Source: Elusimicrobiota bacterium (GTDB taxonomy: Bacteria; Elusimicrobiota; Elusimicrobia; UBA1565). Taken from it: 64,000 bases of DNA. The notes under the pieces are model-generated. The model was not told the origin of the DNA. It ran no database searches and saw only the letters and a program-made list of their open reading frames with translations. This document shows positions 36,814 to 44,573 of this stretch, piece after piece. The stretch is taken from positions 1-64,000 of the forward strand of contig JBDREN010000218.1 in assembly GCA_043819795.1 (NCBI GenBank). Direction: 5' to 3'. Each line of letters starts with the position of its first letter. Position 1 is the first letter of the stretch. The position numbers were made by a program, and so were the translations under genes.

Positions 36814-37046
36814 TTAGCGCCGCGGGGCGAGCTTGCGGCGCTGAAAACGGCAAAAGCCAACGGCACGCTTGCGATGGGGTTCCCAATGACTAAGAGGTGT
36901 AGGCGCCGCAGGGCAAGCCTGCGGCGTCGGCATGTCAGCATCCCTGACGGGAATCCTTACCTTCCGCTCGTCGGGGAAAGCCGAGGCGCGTAACAAGTTT
37001 GTCGTCGCGCTCAAAAAAACGCATACAAGGGCGTAATAATTTACTC

Positions 37047-37074
37047 TTGACAAGTCAAGGTTTCCGGGTATACT
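37047..37074 (+). promoter_or_regulatory. Sigma70-type promoter upstream of the riboswitch and porV-like gene
   Basis: TTGACA (37047-37052), 16-bp spacer, TATACT (37069-37074), in an AT-rich island. Confidence 0.75.
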
Positions 37075-37153
37075 AATATTGTAGGATTCCCGACGAGACT
37101 TTGGGCGCGTTCGAAGTGCGGGCTGAGCGTGCCGGTGATCGGTCCCGGACGGG

Positions 37154-37230
37154 CGATAAAGGCAAACCCGGTGCAAGCCGGGGGCGCAAAGCCATGAACC
37201 CCGCGTGAGCGGGGAAGTCAGGCTACCGAA
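37154..37230 (+). ncRNA. Cyclic di-GMP-I (GEMM) riboswitch
   Basis: CGAUAAAGGCAAACCCGGU-GCAA-GCCGGGGGCGCAAAGCC...CCCCGC-GUGA-GCGGGG...GGCUACCGAA matches the GEMM consensus: GGCAAACC, GNRA-capped P2, GCAAAG junction, terminal UACCG. The G20, A47 and C92 equivalents of the Vc2 aptamer are present. Confidence 0.9.
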
Positions 37231-37285
37231 CATAATGGCCCAAGACGCTGTAGGGGGGTTCGCCCCCGAGTCGAGGATGCGGCCC

Positions 37286-38860
37286 ATGGCAGCGCGCGTG
37301 CGCGCGGCGATGGGTCTTTTTGCGCTCTCGGCCCTGCTCGTCCCCGCTCCCGAGGTCCTGGCCGGACAGTCCGGCGGCCAGCCGGGGGCGTTCCTGCAGT
37401 TCGGCGTCGGCGCCCGGGCCCTCGGGATGGGCGGCGCCTTCTACGCGATCGCGGACGACGCGACCGCGGCCTACTGGAACCCCGCCGGCCTCGCCTACCT
37501 GCAGCGCAAGGAGATCACCACGATGCAGGCGGCCCTCTTCGAGGACACGCAGTACACCTACATCGGCTACGCCCATCCGACCGCCACGAAGGGGACCTTC
37601 GCTTTGGGCGTCACCCAGCTCGCCTCGGACGGCTTCGAGAAAGTGGACGCCGTATTCGACCCGAGCACCGGACAGCCCACGAGCATCACCCAGAGCGGGA
37701 CGTTCTCCGACGAGAAGCGGGCCATCGCGCTGTCCTGGGGCCGCGAGGCGACGGAGACGATGTCCTTCGGGCTCTCGGCGAAGCAGGTCACCCGCAAGCT
37801 GGACTACTCCTCCGACAGCCACATGGCGCTCGACATCGCGGCGATGCGCGCCATGGGACCGTACTACCGGCTGGCGCTCGGCATCCAGAACGTATTCAGC
37901 AGGAGCTCGGGCGACACCGACGACACCTTCCCGGTGATCGTGAAGATAGGCAACGGCCTGAGGATGTTCAACGAGCGGCTGGCGCTCGGGTTCGACTTGC
38001 AGAAGGCCCAGGACGCCGACATCAACTGGCGCTTCGGCGGCGAGTACTGGGCGGCCCGCTGGTTCGCCTTCCGCTTCGGGATCCTGGCGGCCCCCCAGAT
38101 CCAGGAGACGGACTTCGGGTTCGGCTTCCGCTTCCGCCGCGTGCAGTTCGACATCGCGCAGGGCATCCACGCCCTCGGCTCCAGCACGCGTTTCTCGGTG
38201 GCCTTCCGCTTCGGCCGCTCGCGCACGGACCGGTCGGCCGACAAGACCAAGCTGCTCATCCAGCAGGGCTTCGAGGCGTTCCGCGAGGGCGACTTCCAGC
38301 TCGCGACGCTGCGTCTCAACCAGGCCCTGGACGCGGCGCCGCACAACAAGCAGGTCAGGGCCATGCTGGCGCGCCTGCAGGCTGTGGTCGACTTGGTGCC
38401 GCAGGCGACCGGCGGCGAGGAGTTCCAGACCTACGTGCGCAAGGGCGTGATCGCCTACGTCGACGGCCGTGACCTGAGGGGCTCGGTCAACGCGCTGCGC
38501 CACGCCCACAACAAGAACCCGAAGGACGACAAGCTGCTCTCGCTCTTGAACATCGTCGAGAAGGAGGGGGGCGTCGGCGAGCTCACGCGCCGCGGCGAGG
38601 GCCCGGAGATCTTCACGTTCATCGACCAGAAGCTCTACGACGCCCGCCAGGCTATCTACGACGGCAAGCTGGACCTCGCGATCCGCCGGTCGCAGGACGT
38701 GCTGGATCTCGAGCCCGTCAACGTCGTCGCTCTCGAGATCATGGGCTCGGCGTTCTACCTGATGGAGGAGAAAGAGAAGGCGAAGGCGGTCTGGAAGCGG
38801 GTCCTGGAGGTCGATCCGGAGAACGCGGTCGTCGCTGAGTTCGTCAAGCAGATCCAGTAA
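37286..38860 (+). CDS. PorV/PorQ-like (FadL-type) outer-membrane beta-barrel fused to C-terminal TPRs
   Basis: Signal peptide, then AFLQFGVGARALGMGGAFYAIADDATAAYWNPAGLA (PorV/UPF0164-type N-terminal motif). Barrel ends at STRFSVAFRF, followed by TPR-like helices. ATG 37286 has GAGG upstream; the longer ORF start at 37205 lies inside the riboswitch. Confidence 0.85.
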   Translation: MAARVRAAMGLFALSALLVPAPEVLAGQSGGQPGAFLQFGVGARALGMGGAFYAIADDATAAYWNPAGLAYLQRKEITTMQAALFEDTQYTYIGYAHPTATKGTFALGVTQLASDGFEKVDAVFDPSTGQPTSITQSGTFSDEKRAIALSWGREATETMSFGLSAKQVTRKLDYSSDSHMALDIAAMRAMGPYYRLALGIQNVFSRSSGDTDDTFPVIVKIGNGLRMFNERLALGFDLQKAQDADINWRFGGEYWAARWFAFRFGILAAPQIQETDFGFGFRFRRVQFDIAQGIHALGSSTRFSVAFRFGRSRTDRSADKTKLLIQQGFEAFREGDFQLATLRLNQALDAAPHNKQVRAMLARLQAVVDLVPQATGGEEFQTYVRKGVIAYVDGRDLRGSVNALRHAHNKNPKDDKLLSLLNIVEKEGGVGELTRRGEGPEIFTFIDQKLYDARQAIYDGKLDLAIRRSQDVLDLEPVNVVALEIMGSAFYLMEEKEKAKAVWKRVLEVDPENAVVAEFVKQIQ

Positions 38861-38987
38861 GCCTTCCGACGCCGAGCCCGAGGGCGGTCGTCCCGGGAGT
38901 CCCGTTTTTCGCCGTCATTAAAAATGTAACAACAATATATACACTTATAGGTAAGGATCCGGCCGGCGTCGCGTCCGGACCCACTCT

Positions 38988-40970
38988 ATGCGCTATAGGC
39001 TCGCGGCTTTCCTGCTGACGCTCTGGCTCCCGGTCCGGGGGGCCCAGGCGGCTATCGAGGTGCCGAGGATGTCCCTCGTCGAGCGCCGGGAGCAGATCGT
39101 CCGGGAGGTCCGGGAGCGCATCCAGACCGAGATCCTGGACCGGGTCCTTGGCGCGGGCAAGGCATCGGTCTGGGTCGACATCGAGCTCGAGATGCGGACC
39201 GGCCGCAAGGAGAACCTGCGCGGCGGGGCCGGCGTCGCGGGGAGGTTCAAGGGCAGCCCCGGTCCGGGGGGCGGCGCGGGCGGCGCCTTCAAGACGCAGT
39301 ACATCCTCCCCGGGATACCGAAGCCCAAGAGCATCGTCGGCCAGGAGGATCCCCAGCGCCTCGGGGCGTCCCAGGAGCAGACGGCCCAGCAGGTCAAGAC
39401 CGTGCAGGAGGAGGTCTACACCCAGGAGGAGGTGATCAAGAGGTTCAAGGTGACGGTGATTCACGACGCCTCCGTGGCGAAAACGAAGCTCGACGAGGTC
39501 CGCAGGCTGGTCATGGAGGCGATGGGCAAATACAAGGTCCAGAAGGACGACATCGTGTTCCGGCCCGCGGGCTTCGACACCGTGACGACGGATTGGCTGG
39601 ACAAGGTCAAGGAGCCCAAGGTATATATCCCGCTTGTGTACGCGTTCCTGCTGTTGCTTCTGCTATCATTCCTGTTCGGGCCTGTGTCCCGCTTCCTCGG
39701 GCGCTACACGGAGGCCCTGGCCCAGAAGCCCGCCGCCGAGGTGAACGTCGAGTCCAATATCGAGTCCCCGGAGGGGGAGGGCGGCGGCGGCGGCGTCGGC
39801 GGCGCCGGCGGCGCGTTGAGCGGCGGCGAGGATAGCAAGCTGGACCTCATGCTCGGGCGTCAGGCTCCCGAGGAGGACGATATGAAGCGGTTCGAGCCCT
39901 TTTCCTACATCAACGAGGAGAACCTCAAGCGCCTGGCCCAGATGTTCCTCTTGCGGCGGGAGGAGCCCTGGCTGATCGCGGTGGTCCTCAGCTACATCAG
40001 GCCCGAGTACGCGCGCCAGGTGCTGACCTTCCTCCCGGTGGAGCTGCAGGCCAAGGTGGCCGTGGAGTCCCTCACCGTGCGCCAGATGACCCGGGAGCAG
40101 GTCAAGGCCATCGATCAGGACATCAAGGACAACGTGGACTTCGTGGTCGGCGGCGTCGAGCGCCTCACCCGGATGCTGGAGGAGGCCGACACCCCGACCC
40201 GGATGAACATCCTGGAGTACCTGCAGAACGAGAAGCCGGTCGTCTACGAGTACGTGCGCAAGTCGGTCCTCCTCTTCGAGGACATCTCGAGCTTCCCGGA
40301 CCGGGAGATGCAGCTGGTGGTCCGCGAGCTCAAGACCGAGACCATGGCCCGCGCTTTGCAGGGGGCGGCGCCCGAGGTGGTCAACAAGTTCTTCAACAAT
40401 ATGTCGGCCGGCGCGGGCTCGCTGCTCAAGGAGTCCATGCAGTACCAGAAAGAGCCGACGGCCGCTCAGATCGAGGAGGAGCGGGCCAATATCCTGGACC
40501 AGATCAAGACCATGGAGAAGGAGGGAAAGATCAGCGTCCGCGAGCGGGCCCAGGAGGGCGCCGGCTTCCAGGAGGAGCTGGCCAGCGACTCGGTGCGCGG
40601 CGCCCGCTTCAGCACGCTGGCCGGACTCGGCATCGGCAAGCCGGGCGGCCCCGGAACGCCCGAGCGGGCCCCGCGCCCCGAGGCATCCGAGAGCCGCGCC
40701 CAGGCCGACCCGGCCGAGGCCCGGAGGTATTTCGACGCCGGGATGCGGTACCTTCAGGCCGGGAACATGGACGAGGCGGTGCGGTACCTCCGGCACGCCG
40801 TCGCGCTGGCCCCCGATTTCTGGGACGCCTACTCGTACCTCGGCCAAGGGCTCTATCATTCGGGACGCCTGGCGGAGGCGGTGGAGTGCTACGAGAAGTA
40901 TCTCGAGCACAAGCCCGACCCGGCCCTGAAGGCCTGGTTGGACGGTTTCAAGACGCAGACGAAGGCTTAG
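38988..40970 (+). CDS. FliF-like ring domain / TM / FliG middle+C-terminal domain / TPR fusion protein
   Basis: Signal-like N-terminus; ILDRVLGAGKASVWVDIEL and IKRFKVTVIHD resemble FliF RBM3; TM VYIPLVYAFLLLLLLSFLF; FliG_M-like REEPWLIAVVLSYIRPEYARQVLTFLP; FliG_C-like LLFEDISSFPDREMQLVVREL...ALQGA...KFFNNMS; C-terminal TPR pair. The FliG part is more secure than the FliF part. Confidence 0.8.
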   Translation: MRYRLAAFLLTLWLPVRGAQAAIEVPRMSLVERREQIVREVRERIQTEILDRVLGAGKASVWVDIELEMRTGRKENLRGGAGVAGRFKGSPGPGGGAGGAFKTQYILPGIPKPKSIVGQEDPQRLGASQEQTAQQVKTVQEEVYTQEEVIKRFKVTVIHDASVAKTKLDEVRRLVMEAMGKYKVQKDDIVFRPAGFDTVTTDWLDKVKEPKVYIPLVYAFLLLLLLSFLFGPVSRFLGRYTEALAQKPAAEVNVESNIESPEGEGGGGGVGGAGGALSGGEDSKLDLMLGRQAPEEDDMKRFEPFSYINEENLKRLAQMFLLRREEPWLIAVVLSYIRPEYARQVLTFLPVELQAKVAVESLTVRQMTREQVKAIDQDIKDNVDFVVGGVERLTRMLEEADTPTRMNILEYLQNEKPVVYEYVRKSVLLFEDISSFPDREMQLVVRELKTETMARALQGAAPEVVNKFFNNMSAGAGSLLKESMQYQKEPTAAQIEEERANILDQIKTMEKEGKISVRERAQEGAGFQEELASDSVRGARFSTLAGLGIGKPGGPGTPERAPRPEASESRAQADPAEARRYFDAGMRYLQAGNMDEAVRYLRHAVALAPDFWDAYSYLGQGLYHSGRLAEAVECYEKYLEHKPDPALKAWLDGFKTQTKA

Positions 40971-40986
40971 AATCGGGTGGAGCATC

Positions 40987-43443
40987 ATGGCAGACGAACC
41001 GGCTAAGAAAAACGACCCGTTCAACCCTCATGGGTTCCCTCCTCCTCCGCCTCCCGGCGGACACGGGACCGCCCCTTCTTCGGAAGAGGCCGGGTAGGGC
41101 GCGCCGCCTTTGCCCGGCCCGGGCGGGCCGCCCCCGCTGCCGGGTGGCGAGGTCCCTTTGCCGCCCAGCTTCGCGCCCGGATTCGGGACGCCGACCTCTT
41201 TCGGCCCGCCGCCCGGCCGCCTGACGCCTCCCGAAGGGGGCGCTCCTTCCCGGCCGCCCTACGCCCAGGCCGGCCCGGGGCCGGGACCCGGCTACGGCTA
41301 CGAAAGGCCGGACCCGGGGGCCGCCGCCCGGCCTCAGCCTCCCGCGGGGCCCACCGAGGCGGAGCGGCGTATCGCCCAGCTAGAGAGCAGGCTTCAGAAG
41401 GAGCACGAGAAGGTCCTCCTGGCGAACCTCAAGTCCCAGGAGGAGAAGACGATCGCCGCGCGCGTCGAGAACTCCATCAAGGAGGTCCAGGACAAGCTCA
41501 GGCAGCAGAGGCGCGAGGCGGAGCACGAGGAGAACCGTCTCAAGCTCGACGCGAAGGTCCAGGAGCTGGAGAACCGCCTCGTCCAGGAGCGGGAGACATG
41601 GGTCTCCACGATCAAGGGCCAGGTCCAGAACCGTGAGTCGCAGGACAGGGAGATCGAGTCCCACTTCACGATGCGCATCCAGGAGATGGAGCGCCGCTGG
41701 CTGGAGGAGAAGGCCCACTGGCAGCGCACCATCACCGGCAAGGACGAGGAGCTGCGCAAGGCCCGGGAGCTCATCGAGAAGCTCGAGTCGGTCGAGAAGG
41801 AGTCCCATAAGATCGCGCACGAGCGCAAGACCCTCGACGAGCGGGTCAACGAGCTCTCGAAGAACAACGCGGAGCTCGAGGCCAAGGTCCGCGGATCGGC
41901 GGATCGCGAACGGGACTACTTCCAGGTGAAGGCCGATCTCGACCGGGCGCGTGACCAGGTGCGGACGTACCAGGAGAAGCTCGAGCGCGACCTGGCGGCC
42001 ATGCGCGCCTCGGCCCGGGAGCGCGAGGAGCGCCTGCTGGCCGACAACGAGAGGCTGCAGAACGAGCTGATGACGGTCGCGCAGCGGGTGCGCACCGAGT
42101 ACGAGGCCGAGATCAAGCGGATCCGCGCGGGGCACGAGACCGAGTCCAACAAGGCCCGCTCCGAGCACGAGGCCGAGTCCAACAAGGCCCGCTCCGAGCA
42201 CGAGGCCGCCTACAAGAAGGCGCGCGCGCAGGCGGACCTGGCGAGCGCCGCGCTGCAGCGGATGCGGGCGGTGGGCAGCGCCCTGGAGAGGCAGGTCGCC
42301 TCCCTGCGCATGCAGGCCGAGCAGGCCAAGAAGCTCAAGGACGAGGCGCAGCGCGTCAACGAGCGGTACAAGGCGGAGTTCCTCGTGCTGCAGCGCCGAT
42401 GGCAGGACCGCGAAGGGGAGATCCGCGAGCAGGCCGAGCGCCATCACAAGAAGGAGCTCGACGCCGAGAGGACGAAGATCAAGCTCCGCGCCCAGGAGGA
42501 GATCCAAAGCCGCGTCCTCCGGCTGGAGCAGCAGCTCCGCAAGGAGACGGAGGCCGAGGTCGTCGAGCGCGTTCGGGCGGTCCGGGCCGAGATGGAGCGG
42601 GAGCTCGCGGAGCGCTCGCGCAAGATCCAGGCGGAGCTCGGGGAGGTGCGCCGCAAGCTCGAAGGCGAGCTGGAGCGCAAGAGCGCGGAGGCGGCGCAGC
42701 GGGAGACGCAGTCCAACGAGAAGCTCCTCAAGAAGGAGGCCGAGCTCATCAGCCTGCGCGCCTCGCTCGAGGAGGCCCGGGGGCGCCTTGCCAATGGCGA
42801 GGAGTCGAAGATCGAGGCGGCGCGCGAGCGCCTCGACGTCGAGAAGGCTCTGGCGGCCGAGCGCGAGAGGCTGCGCGTCCTGGACGCGGGGCTGGCCGAG
42901 CTCAAGCAGAAGCTCGCCGAGGAGGAAAAGCGCGTCCGCGCCCTGTCCGATGAGAAGGCGGAGTGGGGGCGCCTGCGGCAGAGCCACGAGGACCGGCAGG
43001 GGGAGCTTCGCCGCAACGTCGCCGCCTTGAGCAACGGCCTGGCCGAGGCCGAGCGGGAACGGGAGGAGCTTCAGGCGGAGGGCGTCGAGTCGCGGGACAA
43101 GGCCGCGAAGCTCGAGGCCGATCATGCCCGCCGGAAAGAGGTCTGGCGGCGCCAGCTGGAGCTCGTGCGCCAGGACGCCGACGCCCGCATCCGGGCCGTC
43201 GAGGCCGAGCGCAACGCGGCCATGCGCCGGCTCGACGAGGCCTCCTCGGAGAAGGGCGCGTCGCTGGCGGACCGCATCGCGGGAGTGTTCAAGAAGAAGC
43301 CCGCGCCGCCGGCGCCCCCGGCCCCCCCGGCCCCCCGACCCAGCTCCCCTAGCGGCCCGTGGCAAAAGTATTTCGGATGGCGAAATCGCTTGGGGCGAGC
43401 CGAGCCAAGGCGCGACGAGGGAGCATCCCTCGACGGGATGTGA
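40987..43443 (+). CDS. Long coiled-coil protein with Pro-rich termini; in-frame TAG at 41095-41097 (otherwise starts at TTG 41110)
   Basis: ATG 40987 follows GGTGGAG and is in frame with the 41110-43443 ORF. About 650 aa of E/K/R/Q/A/L-rich helical sequence with no TM segment or signal peptide. Confidence 0.75.
42133..42207 (+). repeat. 33-bp (11-aa) tandem repeat, ~2.3 copies, in the coiled-coil gene
   Basis: CACGAG(A/G)CCGAGTCCAACAAGGCCCGCTCCGAG repeated, encoding HETESNKARSE HEAESNKARSE HEA. Confidence 0.9.
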
Positions 43444-43525
43444 CCGAGGAGCAACGCGGGCGCAGGCCGCTTCCAAGCGATTGCAGGCCCCGGAAGACTT
43501 TTGCCACGGGCTGCCAGGACGACGC

Positions 43526-43753
43526 ATGATCGAGCTGACGCGGCTCAATGGGTCGAGGTTCACCATCAACGCCGAGCTCATCGAGACGCTCGAGGCGGCG
43601 CCGAAGAGCACCATTGTCCACCTGGCGACGAACAATCGCTACAACGTCCGCGAGCCTGTGGACGAGATCGTCGAAAAGGTGGTAGAGTACCGGAGACGGG
43701 TGAACGCCGGACGCAAGGCCGTCAACCCGATCCAAGGCTTCGAGAGAGCGTAA
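43526..43753 (+). CDS. flbD: Flagellar FlbD/SwrD family protein
   Basis: MIELTRLNGSRFTINAELIETLEAAPKSTIVHLATNNRYNVREPVDEIVEKVVEYRR matches the FlbD family pattern and lies directly upstream of motA, its usual position. Confidence 0.9.
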   Translation: MIELTRLNGSRFTINAELIETLEAAPKSTIVHLATNNRYNVREPVDEIVEKVVEYRRRVNAGRKAVNPIQGFERA

Positions 43754-43759
43754 AGCGCC

Positions 43760-44566
43760 ATGGACATCGCAACCGTGATGGGGATCCTCGTATTCATCGG
43801 CCTCGCGGTCGCCGCCATCCTCATGGCCGAGGGCTTCAAAGGGTTTGCCCCCTTCGCGAACCCGGAGGCCTTCCTGGTGGTCATGGGAGGGACGTTCTGC
43901 GCGACCTTGGTCCACTACCCGCTCAAGCAGGTGGTGGGGCTCGGCAAGATCCTGCGCAAGGTGATGCTCCAGCAGACGGAGGACACGACCCATATCGTCG
44001 GGACCTTCGTGGCCCTCTGCCAGAAGGCCAAGCGGGACGGGTTTTTGGCCCTGCAGGACGACGTCAACAGGATCGACGACGATTTTCTGAAGCGCGGCGT
44101 CCAGCTCGTCGTGGACGGGTCCGATCAGGAGTTCATCCGCAACATGCTCGAGACCGAGATCGGCTTCATCCGGGAGCGGCACAAGATCGGCCAGGAGATC
44201 TTCAACGCGATGGGGACCTATTCCCCGGCCTTCGGCATCATCGGCACCGTTCTGGCCATGGTGCTGATGCTGGCCAACGTGGACGACGTCGCGGCCGTCC
44301 CCCGGCGGATGGCGTTCGCGCTCGCGGCCGCCTTCTACGGGCTGGGCTCCGGCTACCTGCTGTTCCTTCCCATGGGCGGGAAGCTGCGGCGGCGTTCCGA
44401 GGAGGAGCTGCTCGTCAAGGAGATCGTCATCCGGGGCGTGCTGCTCCTTCAGAGCGGGGCGGCGCCGAGCGTGGTCGAGGCGAACCTCAAGGCCTACCTC
44501 GAGCCCTCGCAGCGCGTGCTGGTCAAGGCCCCGGCGGAGGAGGCCAAGACGGCGGGGCCGGAGTAG
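43760..44566 (+). CDS. motA: Stator A subunit, MotA/PomA family
   Basis: MDIATVMGI start, AKRDGFLAL, FLKRGVQLVVDG, SPAFGIIGTV, FYG...FLPMGGKL motifs. Confidence 0.93.
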   Translation: MDIATVMGILVFIGLAVAAILMAEGFKGFAPFANPEAFLVVMGGTFCATLVHYPLKQVVGLGKILRKVMLQQTEDTTHIVGTFVALCQKAKRDGFLALQDDVNRIDDDFLKRGVQLVVDGSDQEFIRNMLETEIGFIRERHKIGQEIFNAMGTYSPAFGIIGTVLAMVLMLANVDDVAAVPRRMAFALAAAFYGLGSGYLLFLPMGGKLRRRSEEELLVKEIVIRGVLLLQSGAAPSVVEANLKAYLEPSQRVLVKAPAEEAKTAGPE

Positions 44567-44573
44567 AGCGAGG

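Noticed and set aside
36814..37010. tmRNA, 6S, RNase P or SRP identity for the structured intergenic region
   Set aside because: No tRNA-like ends or CCA, no long closing stem and no diagnostic motifs were found; kept only as an unassigned structured region.
36814..37287. 157-aa minus-strand ORF
   Set aside because: Overlaps the promoter and riboswitch, has atypical codon usage and no recognisable motif.
38885..38912. Intrinsic terminator after porV-like gene
   Set aside because: CGGGA-G-TCCCG before T5 has too small a loop and stem to call confidently.
41095..41097. Genome-wide TAG reassignment
   Set aside because: TAG cleanly terminates the giant gene, the fliFG-like gene, motA and the 46152 gene.
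42133..42207. CRISPR-like array
   Set aside because: The 33-bp units abut without spacers, are in frame inside a CDS, and no cas genes are present.
43124..43525. N-terminal extensions in the ORF track (flbD from 43124; likewise PBP1A 47475, hemC 52424, mfd 52894, surA-like 57812)
   Set aside because: They overlap upstream genes; family similarity begins at downstream starts that abut the preceding stops.
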